Origin: Octopus sinensis
Lineage: Eukaryota
Direction: 5' to 3'
Assembly (NCBI RefSeq): GCF_006345805.1
Contig: NC_043000.1
Span: 72,354,001-72,418,000 of the forward strand
DNA: 64,000 bases
Every line of letters begins with the position of its first letter. Position 1 is the first letter of the stretch. Shown here piece by piece: positions 13,440 to 26,080 of this stretch. Under the pieces are notes generated by a model. The model searched no databases. It saw only the letters and a program-made list of their open reading frames with translations, and was not told the DNA's origin. A program made the position numbers and the translations under genes.

Positions 13440-14280
13440 CAACAACAACAAATAGTAGTAGTAATAGCCTGGCATCATCATGACTGTGTTGAGAAAGAGG
13501 AAAAAATGCACGAAAAAAGAAAAGGTATGGAAAAGAAAACTTATGCAGTCAATTTGCAAGAGATACGCAATCAAAGACAGATACAGAAGGCTGGTAGTTA
13601 TGAATGCAAAGGAGTGACTTAAAGATAGAAACAGAAGCACTTATATGCGCGGCACAAGATTAAGCATTGAGGACAAACTATGTGAAGAGCAGTATTGATA
13701 AAACAACTGAGGCGACAAATGAAGAATTGTGCTACACACAGTAGCATATTGCAAGTGAGTGCTAAAAATTGACACAAAGTGAATATAAAAGATGGCATGA
13801 AAAAGTGGAAAGAATGATCCATTGTGCAAATTATGGCCTAGAAAGATCAAAAACATAGTACGACCAATCTCAGAAGGAGCTAATAAGAATGAGGACTGCG
13901 AAATCCTCCGGGGTTCAATGATACAGTGTGACCATCAGATCAGACATCGGAAAGACGACATTGTTGTAATGAAGAGAAGAGAAAAAACATGCTTCGTAAT
14001 CAACATAGCATGTCCTGGTGACAACAGTATTGAAGAGGAAGAACAAGTGAAGAGGAAATAAGCAAGTTGTGGGAAATGAAGAAAGTGACGTGATACTAAT
14101 TGTAATTGGTGCACTTGGTAGTATTAGTGCCCAACTACCAACATGGCTCAAGAAGATTGGAATGAACATAAAGATAGAACACCTACAAAAATCACCATTG
14201 CTTGGAACTACGGGAGTACTCAGCATGTATTTTGAAACATTATCAGTAAACAAGTGTCATCTTAGTCTGTAGGCTGTGGG
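13440..14280 (+). mobile_element. Old R4/Dong-like REL LINE 3' relic
   Basis: LKIETEALICAAQD, RHRKDDIVV..CFVINIACPGDN, VIGALG..IEHLQKSPLLGT. Confidence 0.75.
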
Positions 14281-14329
14281 CAGCTCACACTGGCCGTCAT
14301 ATTCAGCAAAATAAAGCTGAAAATGTTCA

Positions 14330-14330
14330 T

Positions 14331-14372
<42 letters not shown>

Positions 14373-14386
14373 CAATAATAATGATG

Positions 14387-14461
<75 letters not shown>
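14330..14461. repeat. (AAT)n microsatellite, insertion site of the LINE that follows
   Basis: Directly visible. Confidence 0.95.
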
Positions 14462-14465
14462 GACA

Positions 14466-16619
14466 ATGCCTGAATGGCTCACGAAGGGGAAAACCATCTT
14501 AATTCCCAAATCAAATGAAACAGAAAAACCAGAAAACTACAGACCAATAACCTGCCTCCCTACTATGTTCAAGGCATTTACTGCAGTGATATCACAAAGC
14601 CTGAACAAGCACCTGGACGAAAACAAACTGTTCCCAGAAGAGCAGAAAGGATGCCGCAAAGGCTTATATGGCTGTAAAGATCAACTAATGATTAATAAAG
14701 CCATAACTGAAGACAGCCACAGAAAGAAGAAAGGCCTCAGTATGGCCTGGATTGACTACAAAAAGGCGTTTGATAGCATCCCCCACACATGGATCCTCGA
14801 AACACTAGCCATTAACAAAGTAGCACCAACAATCATAAAATTCATAGAGCACTCTATGAATAAATGGCAAACAGTCCTACACCTCCAAACAAAAGAGGGA
14901 CTCATGAAAACCAAAGACATCCCCATTAGAAGAGGAATATTCCAGGGAGACACGCTCTCTCCACTCCTTTTCTGCTTGGCACTGTCACCTCTATCTGATA
15001 TGCTAAATAGAACTGGATGCGGATATAAATGTTACGGCAAAACGATCAGCCACCTTTTATATATGGATGACCTAAAACTATACGCTGCAAATGACAAACA
15101 GCTGGAAACACTATTAAAGACAGTTCATGGATTTACCAAAGAAATAGATATGAAATTTGGATTAGAAAAATGCGCCAAAGTAACCATGAAAAGAGGAAAA
15201 CTAGTTAAGAGTAACAACATCACACTAGATAAAACCAATAAAATAAAAGAATTAGACCAAAGCCAAACTTACAAATACTTAGGAATCCATGAACTAGATA
15301 AGACACAACACACACAAATGAAAGAGAAAATAAAAAAAGAATATTATAGACGAGTTAGATCAATACTAAACACAGAGCTCAATGCTAAAAACAAGATAAT
15401 AGGTATCAACACTTTAGCTGTCCCAGTTATAAGTTACAGCTACAATATCCTTAACTGGACACGAAATGAACTGACCAAAATAGATAGGAAAACAAGAAAA
15501 ATAATGACAGGATCCAGGATGCATCACCCAAAATCTGACATAGAAAGACTATATATACAACGTATAGAAGGTGGTAGAGGCCTTATACAGCTGGAAAACT
15601 ACTATAAAATAACCACCATAGGACTGCAAAAATACCTACTTCAGAAGGAAGGAAAACTGGTCCAGATAGCGGCAAAACACGAGCAAAACAAAAAACTGTT
15701 CTCGGTATTTAAGGAAGCTGACAAATACAAACAAGAAATCATACCACCTAATAAACATGAAGAAGAAGAAGAAGATGAAGAAACAACAAAAGCTATAAAA
15801 CAAATGAAATCCAAACTAAAAATAGAACAGCAACGAACCATGATAAAACGATGGCAAGAAAAGCCCCTTCATGGTAAATACTGCACTAAACTAAACGCAA
15901 AAGAAATAGACAAAGAAAAATCCCAGCAATGGTTGAGAAGCTCAGGACTCAAAGCAGAAACAGAGGGATTTTTAATTGCAGCACAAGACCAAAGCCTCCC
16001 CACCAGAAATTACCGAAAACATGTAATGAAAAAAAATATTACAAGTAACTGCAGAATATGTGGAGATGGACAAGAAACAATAAATCATATTATCTCTAGC
16101 TGCCCAGTCCTGGCTAAGAAGGAATATATTCACAGACATGACAGAGTTGGAACCTACATACATTGGAAGCTATGCCAACATTATGGAATAACAACAGAAA
16201 AAAGATGGTATAGGCACACACCAGAAAAGGTCACAGAAAACGAGAAAGCAACCATACTCTGGGATATGCCGATACACACAGACAGAGAAATTAAGGCCAA
16301 CAGACCAGATATAGTTGTCAGAGACCATGAAGAAAAAAAATGCTTTCTAATTGATGTATCAATACCGGCAGACGACAACGTGTCTCTAAAAGAAATGGAG
16401 AAACTCTCAAAATACAAAGACCTGGAAATAGAGGTAACTAGAATGTGGAATCTGAAAACAGAAACAATTCCTATCATAGTAGGTGCATTAGGCATGATAA
16501 AAAAATATTCAGACAAATACATAACAAAAACACCAGGACTTACAAACACATATAACATACAGAAAATTGCACTACTAGGCACTGCACACATCCTACGCAG
16601 AACGCTTTCCATACAATAA
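14466..16619 (+). CDS. RT + CCHC + restriction-like endonuclease ORF (717 aa) of a 5'-truncated R4/Dong-like LINE (element ~14462-16716)
   Basis: NYRPITCL, WIDYKKAFDS, GIFQGDTLSPLLF, YMDD, CRICGDGQETINHIISSC, RHD, RPDIVV, LIDVSIP, EKLSKYKDL. No internal stops. (AAT)n on both sides. Confidence 0.95.
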   Translation: MPEWLTKGKTILIPKSNETEKPENYRPITCLPTMFKAFTAVISQSLNKHLDENKLFPEEQKGCRKGLYGCKDQLMINKAITEDSHRKKKGLSMAWIDYKKAFDSIPHTWILETLAINKVAPTIIKFIEHSMNKWQTVLHLQTKEGLMKTKDIPIRRGIFQGDTLSPLLFCLALSPLSDMLNRTGCGYKCYGKTISHLLYMDDLKLYAANDKQLETLLKTVHGFTKEIDMKFGLEKCAKVTMKRGKLVKSNNITLDKTNKIKELDQSQTYKYLGIHELDKTQHTQMKEKIKKEYYRRVRSILNTELNAKNKIIGINTLAVPVISYSYNILNWTRNELTKIDRKTRKIMTGSRMHHPKSDIERLYIQRIEGGRGLIQLENYYKITTIGLQKYLLQKEGKLVQIAAKHEQNKKLFSVFKEADKYKQEIIPPNKHEEEEEDEETTKAIKQMKSKLKIEQQRTMIKRWQEKPLHGKYCTKLNAKEIDKEKSQQWLRSSGLKAETEGFLIAAQDQSLPTRNYRKHVMKKNITSNCRICGDGQETINHIISSCPVLAKKEYIHRHDRVGTYIHWKLCQHYGITTEKRWYRHTPEKVTENEKATILWDMPIHTDREIKANRPDIVVRDHEEKKCFLIDVSIPADDNVSLKEMEKLSKYKDLEIEVTRMWNLKTETIPIIVGALGMIKKYSDKYITKTPGLTNTYNIQKIALLGTAHILRRTLSIQ

Positions 16620-16736
16620 CCATCAGAGCATCACAACAAATCACAGCACATACCCAAGGCACACAGAGCTGCGCTCGGTAGTGAAGTGAAAGCACGCTAT
16701 AAAAATAAAACTACTGAATAATAATAATAATAATAA

Positions 16737-17205
16737 CCATGCCCTGATGCAGTACCAGGCAGTGGCTCTCATGGCTTCTGATCTTAACTGATTGGAAGTG
16801 TTATCATGTACATTGTTTTGTCTTGGTATAAAAGATGGGTTACAGCAAATATTCTGCTCAATACTACAGATTTGCTTGTCAGTTGCTTGACCATAACCAG
16901 TTGACCATGTCCCTGAGTGGTTGACGATATGTGCATCTCTGATCACGAGCAGAAGTAGTTGCGGAGCATCATAGCTGTGTTGAGAGGGATTCTTTTGGGT
17001 TTGAATAATTAACCTCTGGAAACATGGGTGTTTCGTTCAACAACCTTAAACAACCCTTTTTCAGGGACCTTTTGAGCAGGATGGGTTACTCGACCAGAAG
17101 AAAATTCTAACTGGGCCCCACCTGCAAGGTCATGTGCTGTTTATCTTTATATGAGATCACCATGTCGCGCACATATGGTTGTGATGCATGTGTCCAGTGT
17201 ACCCT

Positions 17206-17208
<3 letters not shown>
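16737..17208 (+). mobile_element. Non-coding ~550-bp interspersed repeat embedded in (AAT)n (family D), 3'-truncated copy
   Basis: Alignable to 35619-36164 (+) and 37395-37630 (-). Confidence 0.85.
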
Positions 17209-17276
<68 letters not shown>

Positions 17277-17303
17277 GGATAATGATAATGATGATAATAA
17301 TAA

Positions 17304-17390
<87 letters not shown>

Positions 17391-17391
17391 T

Positions 17392-17466
<75 letters not shown>

Positions 17467-17491
17467 TAATAATAATAATAATAATAATAAT

Positions 17492-17790
17492 CAAAGACCT
17501 GGAAATAGAGGTAACCAGAATGTGGAATCTAAAAACAGAAACAATTCCTCTCATAGTAGGTGCATTAGGTATGATAAAAAAATATTCAGACAAATACATA
17601 ACAAAAACACCAGGACTTACAAACACATATAACATACAGAAAATTGCACTACTAGGCACTGCACACATCCTACGCAGAACACTTTCCATACAATAACCAT
17701 CAGAGCATCACAACAAATCACAGCACATACCCAAGGCACACAGAGCTGCGCTCGGTAGTGAAGTGAAAGTACGCTATAAAAATAAAACTA

Positions 17791-17794
<4 letters not shown>
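17492..17794 (+). mobile_element. Short 3' fragment of the same Dong-like LINE
   Basis: Near-identical to 16416-16716; (AAT)n on both sides. Confidence 0.95.
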
Positions 17795-17875
<81 letters not shown>

Positions 17876-17889
17876 CAATAATAATCATT

Positions 17890-18282
17890 TCTACTATAAG
17901 CGCAAAGCCTGAAATTTTGGGGAGGGGACTAGTCGATTACACTACCCCGGTACTCAACTGGTACTTATTTTATCGAATCCGAAAGGTTGAAATGCAAAGT
18001 CGACCTGGGCGGAATTTGAACTCAGAACGCAAAGACCGACGAAATACCGTTAAGTATGTCGTCCGGCGTGCTAACGATTCTGCTAGCTCACCACCATAAA
18101 AGAAAGAATTCAAATTTTGCCACAAAGGCAGCAATTTTGGAGGAAGTGAATGAGTCGATTACATCGACGCCAGTGTTCTCCCAGTGGACTCTGGCGTAAT
18201 TTGATCTCAGAACGTTCTGACGGACGAACTACCGCTAAGCAATTTCGCCCGGCGTGCTAACGATTCTGCCAGCTCGCCACCC

Positions 18283-18285
<3 letters not shown>
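17890..18285 (-). mobile_element. Two adjacent SINE family B-type copies
   Basis: Reverse complement has head GGCGAGCTGGCAGAATCGTTAGCA...GAGTTCAAATTCC and core ATAAGTACCAG...GGGGT..AATCGACT. Confidence 0.75.
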
Positions 18286-18333
<48 letters not shown>

Positions 18334-19510
18334 TAAAACCTAAAAATTGTCCATAGTTCCAGTAAGGCCATTGGGATGTACACGGGGCAGGGTAAATGTG
18401 TCAAAATGACACTGAGAATAGGCAAATTAATCAGCATTGAAAACAATGCACTCGGCATATACAGAAATCAGAGAATTAGACCACAATCGCCCATACAAAT
18501 ATCTAGGAATATACGAAATAGCTTTTAGCTATTACAACACACAGAAATGAAATAGTAAATTAGGATAGAATATTACAAAAAGGAAAGGCTAATATTAAAC
18601 AATGAGCTCAATGCTAAAAATAAGATAATAACGATAAACATGCTAGCCATACCAGTCATAAATTACAGCTTCAACAAAATTAACTGGAAGATCAATGAAT
18701 TGAGAAACTTATGTAGAAAAACCCAGAAAACTATTAACAGCATGCTGAAATCACCAGCTCACCTCAAAGAAGACACAGAGAGATTATACATCTACCCTAC
18801 TCAGAACGAGATCGTGGTCTGGCACAGATAGAGAACTACTATAAAGCAACAAAAAGAAAGAAAGAAAGAAAACGCTTTTCTCTAAACACAATAAGGTGAA
18901 GAAATACAAAACAGAAACAAACTACATTGATACACTGATCTCAGATGACAGCATAGCAGTAATGGTCAGAGACAAAAACAACATGAAGGCTGAGCTACAA
19001 AACATACTAAAGAAGAAACGGAAAGAAAAATCACTCTATGTGGCAAGGCTTGACAGAAAAGAAGTGAGCTTAAGTAAAAGCCAACAAGGCTCAATAGCTC
19101 TGGACTAAAAGCAGAAACGGAAGGACTGATTCTCGTTTTACAAGATCAATATCTGACCACAAACAGCTATCAAAGCAAAATAATGAACATAGCTCCTAAC
19201 ACCAAATGCAGAATGTGCAACCAGCCAGCACAATGAGACAGTTGAGTATATCTTCTCTGGCTCTCCAGTCCTTACCAAATCTGAATATATATGGCTTGTG
19301 TTAGTAATACCAGTGATTATAATTATTTTTATTTTATCGCAATTTGATTTGTTTACATATTTTTCGATAAATTATGAGCGCCAGGCGATATACCAGAATT
19401 CCCTAGTGTTGTCGGGACGTTCGGAGTCTGCGCAGTGATATGATTAGTTAGGGAGAGTAAATCATTAGACGCACATGCTTCTAGTGAGTTAGGATCCCAG
19501 AAAAACAGGG

Positions 19511-19582
19511 TCTCACTGAAGAATTCTCCCTGAGCAAATAAATTATCTTTATTGCTGAAAAGAAAGAAACTGCAGTCTGAGA
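19511..19582 (+). ncRNA. Hammerhead ribozyme, type I, dimer-type; predicted cleavage after 19577
   Basis: UCUCA CUGAAGA [stem II] GAAAC UGCA GUC UGAGA. Confidence 0.8.
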
Positions 19583-19906
19583 ATTACCGGTTTAGTAGAT
19601 GTTTTTATCTTCATTTCACTTAATTTATCAAGCTTCTGTATTCCTAGCACATATTTCGCCTTAATGTACTGATATATGAAAAATATATGGCTTGTGTTAG
19701 TAATACCAGCGATTATAATTATTTTTATTTTATCGCAATTTGATTTGTTTACATATTTCTCGATAAATTATGAGCGCCAGGCGATATACCAGAATTCCCT
19801 AGTGTTGTCGGGACGTTCGGAGTCTGCGCAGTGATATGATTAGTTAGGGAGAGTAAATCATTAGACGCACATGCTTCTAGTGAGTTAGGATCCCAGAAAA
19901 ACAGGG

Positions 19907-19978
19907 TCTCACTGAAGAATTCTCCCTGAGCAAATAAATTATCTTTATTGCTGAAAAGAAAGAAACTGCAGTCTGAGA
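19907..19978 (+). ncRNA. Hammerhead ribozyme, second tandem copy; predicted cleavage after 19973
   Basis: Identical motif 396 nt downstream of the first. Confidence 0.8.
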
Positions 19979-20142
19979 ATTACCGGTTTAGTAAATGTTT
20001 TTATCTTCATTTCACTTAATTTATCAAGCTTCTGTATTCCTAGCACATATTTCGCCTTAATGTACTGATATATGAAAAATATATGGCTTGTGTTAGTAAT
20101 ACCAGCGATTATAATTATTTTTATTTTATCGCAATTTGATTT

Positions 20143-20193
<51 letters not shown>

Positions 20194-23100
20194 CAGATAT
20201 GACCAAATAAGTAGTTATATCCACTGGACAATATACCAACACTACCACATAAAAACTAACAGAAATGGTATAACCATGTGCTGAACAAGGTACATGACAA
20301 CGACTAAACCTCAATCATCTTGGATATGTCTTCCAAACATAACACTCAAGAATTGGAAAAAAAAAATCTGCTTACTGATAGATATTGCTGTGGCTTCGAA
20401 CCAAAATAAGTGGAGAAATTGTTAAAGTACAAAGGCCTCGAAACTGAAGTATTCAAGATGTGGAGCATGGAGGTTAAATCAATACCAGCATTATGTATGA
20501 TAAAAAGAAAATATGAACAAAAACGTAGAAAATATACCTGGACCCTCAACACCACGCACTATCCAAAAAATACCCCTGCTCGGAACAGCCCACATCCCAC
20601 GCAAGACACTATCAATCCAATAATACAATCCAAACAAGACAACCCACAAACACCAGATACACTTTATACAGTAAATAACCAATAACATAAACAATCATCA
20701 CATGTAATCTACAAGCCAGACACCCAACAGAAGAATACGGCTCGCATTACATACACAACTCACAATACAAACATTAATATAAAAAAAGACTGCAACCAAA
20801 CCATATCGCAAAGCAAATGGTTGCAGTAAAAAATCGGTGTTTTCACTCCCCCAGCAACAAAACAGAATACACCTCAGCAACACGGAGGTGTGGCGGGTGA
20901 TGCAGTTGAAATCCGCCTGAAACTATCAAATGAACTTTCAAAGAAAAGGTTGCAAATAGCATTGAAAGAGCTTTGACAAACAAAAACAAAACAAACAACT
21001 TACTCATTAACCAAGCTAAATAAACAATTGATTAGTTAGTTGCATATTTAACCAATTGGCTAATAATAAAGGAGTGGAATTGAACCAGTGTGTGTGTTAA
21101 TATTATTGACATAGTAACTCTCTAGACAATTATATTTTTGGTTGTCATGGAGAAAGAAACTGGTTAGTTAGTTTGGTATATGACTAGTCAATGGAGGAGA
21201 GAAGATATCTCGGACATGTTCCAAGAATCGTGAACGAATGCAGAGTTGGTGCATGTATGCGTGAGTGTGTGTGTGTTTATGCATTAGTGACTGCAGGTGT
21301 ATACGTATTTGAGCACGTCAGTGTGTATTGGTGGGTAAATGAAGGGGAGGGTAGCATAGTATGGGTGTATGTACGTACGACTCTATGTGTCAAGAAGCAT
21401 TAAAGGAAATACGGTGTGAGAAAACGTGCCCACTTTGAAAGTAAATCTTTGTTTCCAAATAAGCTTAGTAGAGCGAGGATTTCGTGTGATTGAAGTAATT
21501 CGAAGGTAGAGAGGTGGTCGTGAAAATGGTCTGTATAGTCAAAGTAGTGAACTGTGGATATAAAGAGACTGTAACATGTGGCCAAAGTTGAGTAGGTGCT
21601 CTCGGAATCAATCAACCAAATTCACTGATTTTTATACACAATCACATACATAAAATCGGATTCGTTTGAAGATGTTATTCATTCTGTGGCTACTCACAAT
21701 TTCTTGCTATGTCCGATTCTCTAGACGACAATAAAATTAATAGATAAATTTAAAGGCTCAAAGATACGGCACATGCAACACGAAATACTTCGAGTTACTG
21801 GCTTTTTATTGGTCAGTTTTGTTTCGTACAAGTGTTCAGAGGAATTTGATACTAGACTTTGATTGTATACTGACAAACATTCTTATCTTTATTATGCTAG
21901 CTATAATTGATGGAAGGATTCCGTGAACGTGTAAATTGCTTCTGCTTTATAATGAGGGAGCATAGAAACCTAAAACATAGGAAGTCTCGTAAATGATACC
22001 ATGAACAGAGTTTATAGAATAAGTAGGTTTTCTAGAAGAAGTCATATGGCATCATGTTTACATGATAAAATTATATGATTGGGTAAGGGTCATTACTGTA
22101 GACACAAGCGCTTATAATAGGCTCTCATCCAATGGCACCACCAGTGCGTTTAAAAAATCTGAAGAAACCCATGCACAATCGTTAAAACCGCAGGTAAAGA
22201 CATTGCTTCAAAACTGATTGAAAAGATATTAGGTTTGAAAGCTTTCCCCACACTGTACACCACATGACACATTAAAAGACTACAAATTAAATTTTGCTGG
22301 TAGCGCCAAGGATAGGTTGATCATTCAGGCCAAATTTAAATTATAGATAACCAGCAAAAACTTTCTAGAAACAATTATCACGAAATTAAGAAATAAGCAA
22401 TTCTTCCCATTATTGTGTAGCACTCAAGAAATATCATAGTGGTTATTAGAATTATTATAACGTGATTGAATGTGCGGGCTCATAACAAGCTACATCTTAG
22501 GTCTTTGAGATGAAAGATTCTCTGCTTTAAGACAAGGAATTTACATGAATGATTTCTAAAAATTTAAGCTGAGATGAGGAAGGACCTCATAAAACTGTTC
22601 AATGGAAACTATCCTCACTGTAGTTACTGTTTAGGACTATATATTTCAACACAGATAACTTACCATAAGCTCAACAAAAAATTGTTTGCATACAAAAGGG
22701 TTCCAATCACCCATGTATAAAAATACCACAGATATCACAAAATCTTAGATATTTCCCCCTAAACCTCAAAGACGCTTACGACCGCTCTTGAACTTAACAT
22801 CCTCGACGATTCACAAGCATGATGCTATGGAAGCGTTATAACAAGTTTCACCTAACTTCTGCTAATGATATAATCTAGGTCATAGCTATGAGAATGAAAC
22901 CAGATGAAAATTTCAGCTGTCAGCATTTCTAAAGTTATCTGTATCAAAATCACCACCATGACTATCAACAATATCAATCATAGTTCACGTGTTCGTAGTC
23001 GTCATCATCTTAATCACCATTTCCTAAAGACCAGTAAATAACTGAAATGACGTACATAATTTGATTATAATTTCATAAACACCCTTGATAATAAACTAGA

Positions 23101-24414
23101 TAATGTTTGGGAGTGTTATTTCAACGAGATTCCATCATATCTGATATATTAAACTCGTTGAAATAACACTTGATAGGCATGCACTATCAAATTGAAACTT
23201 ACCGTGCTAGCCTTCATGAATTCCTGGTGGTTTTTAGAGAGAAAATACATTTAAGTAAATCTGCTCTTCCACTCCTTTCAGAAAGCAACACGAAATAAGA
23301 ATATTGCAACGCTTGCAATATTCATCAACAGATGATACACCTCCACCACAAAAAAGACTGACACGTTCCGACGAATTTCATGGATTTAATTTGCAGCAAC
23401 ATTACCCGAGTAAAAGATTTTGAATCTTAAATTTCATCTTGATGAAATTATCTATAAATATTTAAACAGGTTTTTCACTATTATTTAAAATGCTTTGAAA
23501 TAACGCCATAGAATCATGAAAGAAAATTAAAATTACGTGATTCAGAGTGACAAAATTCTAGACCATACGTGTTTGTACTGATATAACTTTGTATATTTTA
23601 TTCTCAATTTTCATAGATATCTCGATGAATAATTGGTCACTATATAAAGATTCAAAAACAGAGATTTCTGTAATGTATTTAAAACGAAAGAAGTTTCTCT
23701 ACGTTTCCTTGGAGAAAAAAAAGTTGAAAGGATGCCACCGAAGGCTGATCTGGATTAAAATTACAGGTATTGAACTACAAAATCATTAAACAAAGACTGT
23801 AGGAAAAGAAATTCACTCCATAAATTGATACTAAAAGGCACTTTATAGTATTATTCATCCATAGATTTTGCGAACATTGACAACACTAACAATATAAAAC
23901 AGATATATAAAAAGTAAGTGAAAGGTAGTTCTATAGATCCAGAGAAATGGGAAGTTGTAAAAAATGTATCCGAGTGCTGAAATATGGTTGTGAAAATGTC
24001 ATGAGTGAAAATTACACGGAGACCCGTGAAACAGACTATATCTGTTCTGAAGTGGTAGATAAAAACAGTTTCCCGAATTAACAACATTATATAGCATCTG
24101 GATTCCTTTGGTGCTGGTTATCCTGTTGTATCAGAACTGAGTCTGTTATGTGACTAATAGAGTAAGTGGTTGATGATACAAGAAATAAATGAAAAGTGTG
24201 TCAGAAACATAGAAAGTGTGAAAGATTGTGAATAGGAAGAAGTAAAGATTTTAGTTTTATGTTACTTTAATTTTGACGGATAAGAGTGACAGTCTTAATA
24301 AATGATAATCTATGATGGAAATCAAAAAAATATTTTTTGAACTTGGTGATTTTCTATGAACATTGAGATAAAAGAACTTCTCGAGAACTGATAATCATAT
24401 GTCAATCATTTTAT

Positions 24415-24945
24415 GGCGGCGAGCTGGCAGAAACGTTAGCATGCCGGACGAAATGCTTAGCGGTATTTCGTCTGCCGCTACGTGCTGAGTTCAAATTCCC
24501 CTTTCGGGGTCGATTAAATAAGTACCAGTTACGCACTGGGGTCGATATAATCGACTTAATCCGCTTGTCTGTCCTTGTTTGTCCGCTCTGTGTTTAGCCC
24601 CTTGTGGGTAGTAAAGAAATATGTATTTCGACTGCCGCTACGTTCTGAGTTCAAATTCCGCCGAGGTCGACTTTGCCTTTCATCCTTTCGGTGTCGATAA
24701 ATTAAGTACCAGTTAAACACTGGGGTCGATATGATCGACTTAATCCGTTTGTCTGTCCTTGTTCGTCCCTCCTGTGTTTAGCCCCTTGTGAGTAGTAAAG
24801 AAATAGGTATTTCGTCTGTCGTTACGTTCTGAGTTCAAATTCTGCCTAGGTCGACTTTGCATTTCATCCTTTCGGGGTTGATTAATTAAGTACCAGTTGC
24901 GTACTGGAGTCCTCCCCCAAATTTTCGGGCCTTGTGCCTACAGTA
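24415..24945 (+). mobile_element. tRNA-derived SINE family B with body and tail repeated about three times
   Basis: Head GGCGGCGAGCTGGCAGAAACGTTAGCA. The block TATTTCGTCTGCCGCTACG..GAGTTCAAATTCC..AGCCCCTTGTG recurs at ~24460, ~24625 and ~24808. Confidence 0.85.
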
Positions 24946-26080
24946 GAAAATAATATTATAATACCCCTTGTGCGCAAGACGCACACAAAAATGTCGTCTT
25001 TAACTGACCAAGTGGCCATGTATTATTTACTGTTGCAACCTATCATTCACAGCGAGGATATGTACTATAGCATTTACGGAAATTTATCAATGGTTTCTCT
25101 GATTGTTTTGAACGAACATGCAATTCTCTACAACAGCAAAAAGATAATGCATTTCTAAATTGACTTTAGGTTGTCACTTTTAAGAAGTATAATAAATTGT
25201 TTAGACTACAATCCATTTAGTTACGTTGTAACAATTATGATAATTCTATTGAAGTATTCTAAAATAACTGTTTCCTTTTCACGAACTGCAGTGTTATTGC
25301 AGTCTATCAAAATTATGTCCACAAAGGAACTTAAACCCCAAACAATAAAGACAATTTGTTTTCTAAGAAAACTCAATATTTCTATTTTAGATATTCAATA
25401 TTGTCTAACATGACCAAAATCAAGTAATTGTTTTAATTTTCTCTACAGTACCGAAATCATGATCAAAAAGATAATTCACTTTATTAATGAAGTGTATCCT
25501 CTTCACAAAAAGAATCAATACAGGATTTGTAACATATAAATAACTGAATACTGCGATCATTTTTTTACCAAATCCAGAATTACTGAGGGATGGATATAAT
25601 ATAGTGAATCGGCTTGAATGCATAAAAGGGGCATATTTGAATGATTAATGTCAAAATGTTATCGAACGCAAAAGAATGTGAAGCAAATTCATCACTGTGG
25701 TAATTTGACTGTAATACAAATAGAATTTAGCTGACTCTCAACTACATCAAAGTAAAAAATATTTTAAATCTATTAAAAGTGAAATTTCATAGCTCCTCGA
25801 ATTTGGTATTATCTTACATTATTTGAACAGCGATAAACTTTCAGAAAATCGAATATTCAAAACAGATTTCAATTGCTTTTTGTCGCCATTTCACCTTTGT
25901 TACCTCACCTTAGATGTACATGCACTTGCACTAGCATGGTCACACAAGTATGTTTGCGTACATACATGCACATAAATATTTCTCCTTCCCTTTGGAAAAG
26001 GTTTCAATCTTACAACTTCTTGCCTTTCTCGTATAATCTTTGGTTTTTTGTTATGTATCAGGCAAATTTTAAACGTTATA

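Larger units (their letters stand above)
19286..20146 (+). mobile_element. 396-bp non-coding tandem repeat (about 2.15 units), one hammerhead per unit (retrozyme-like)
   Basis: ATGGCTTGTG at 19291, 19687 and 20083. Units differ by about three substitutions (counted by eye). Ends in (TA)n. Confidence 0.85.
18330..20600 (+). mobile_element. Decayed R4/Dong-like LINE, interrupted at ~19286-20185
   Basis: NELNAKNK..LAIPVINYSF; ...SPVLTKSEYI before the insertion and RYDQISSYIHWTIYQHY after it; LLKYKGLETEV. Confidence 0.75.

Noticed and set aside
24460-24910. CRISPR-like repeat array
   Set aside because: Eukaryotic SINE multimers with no unique spacers or cas genes.
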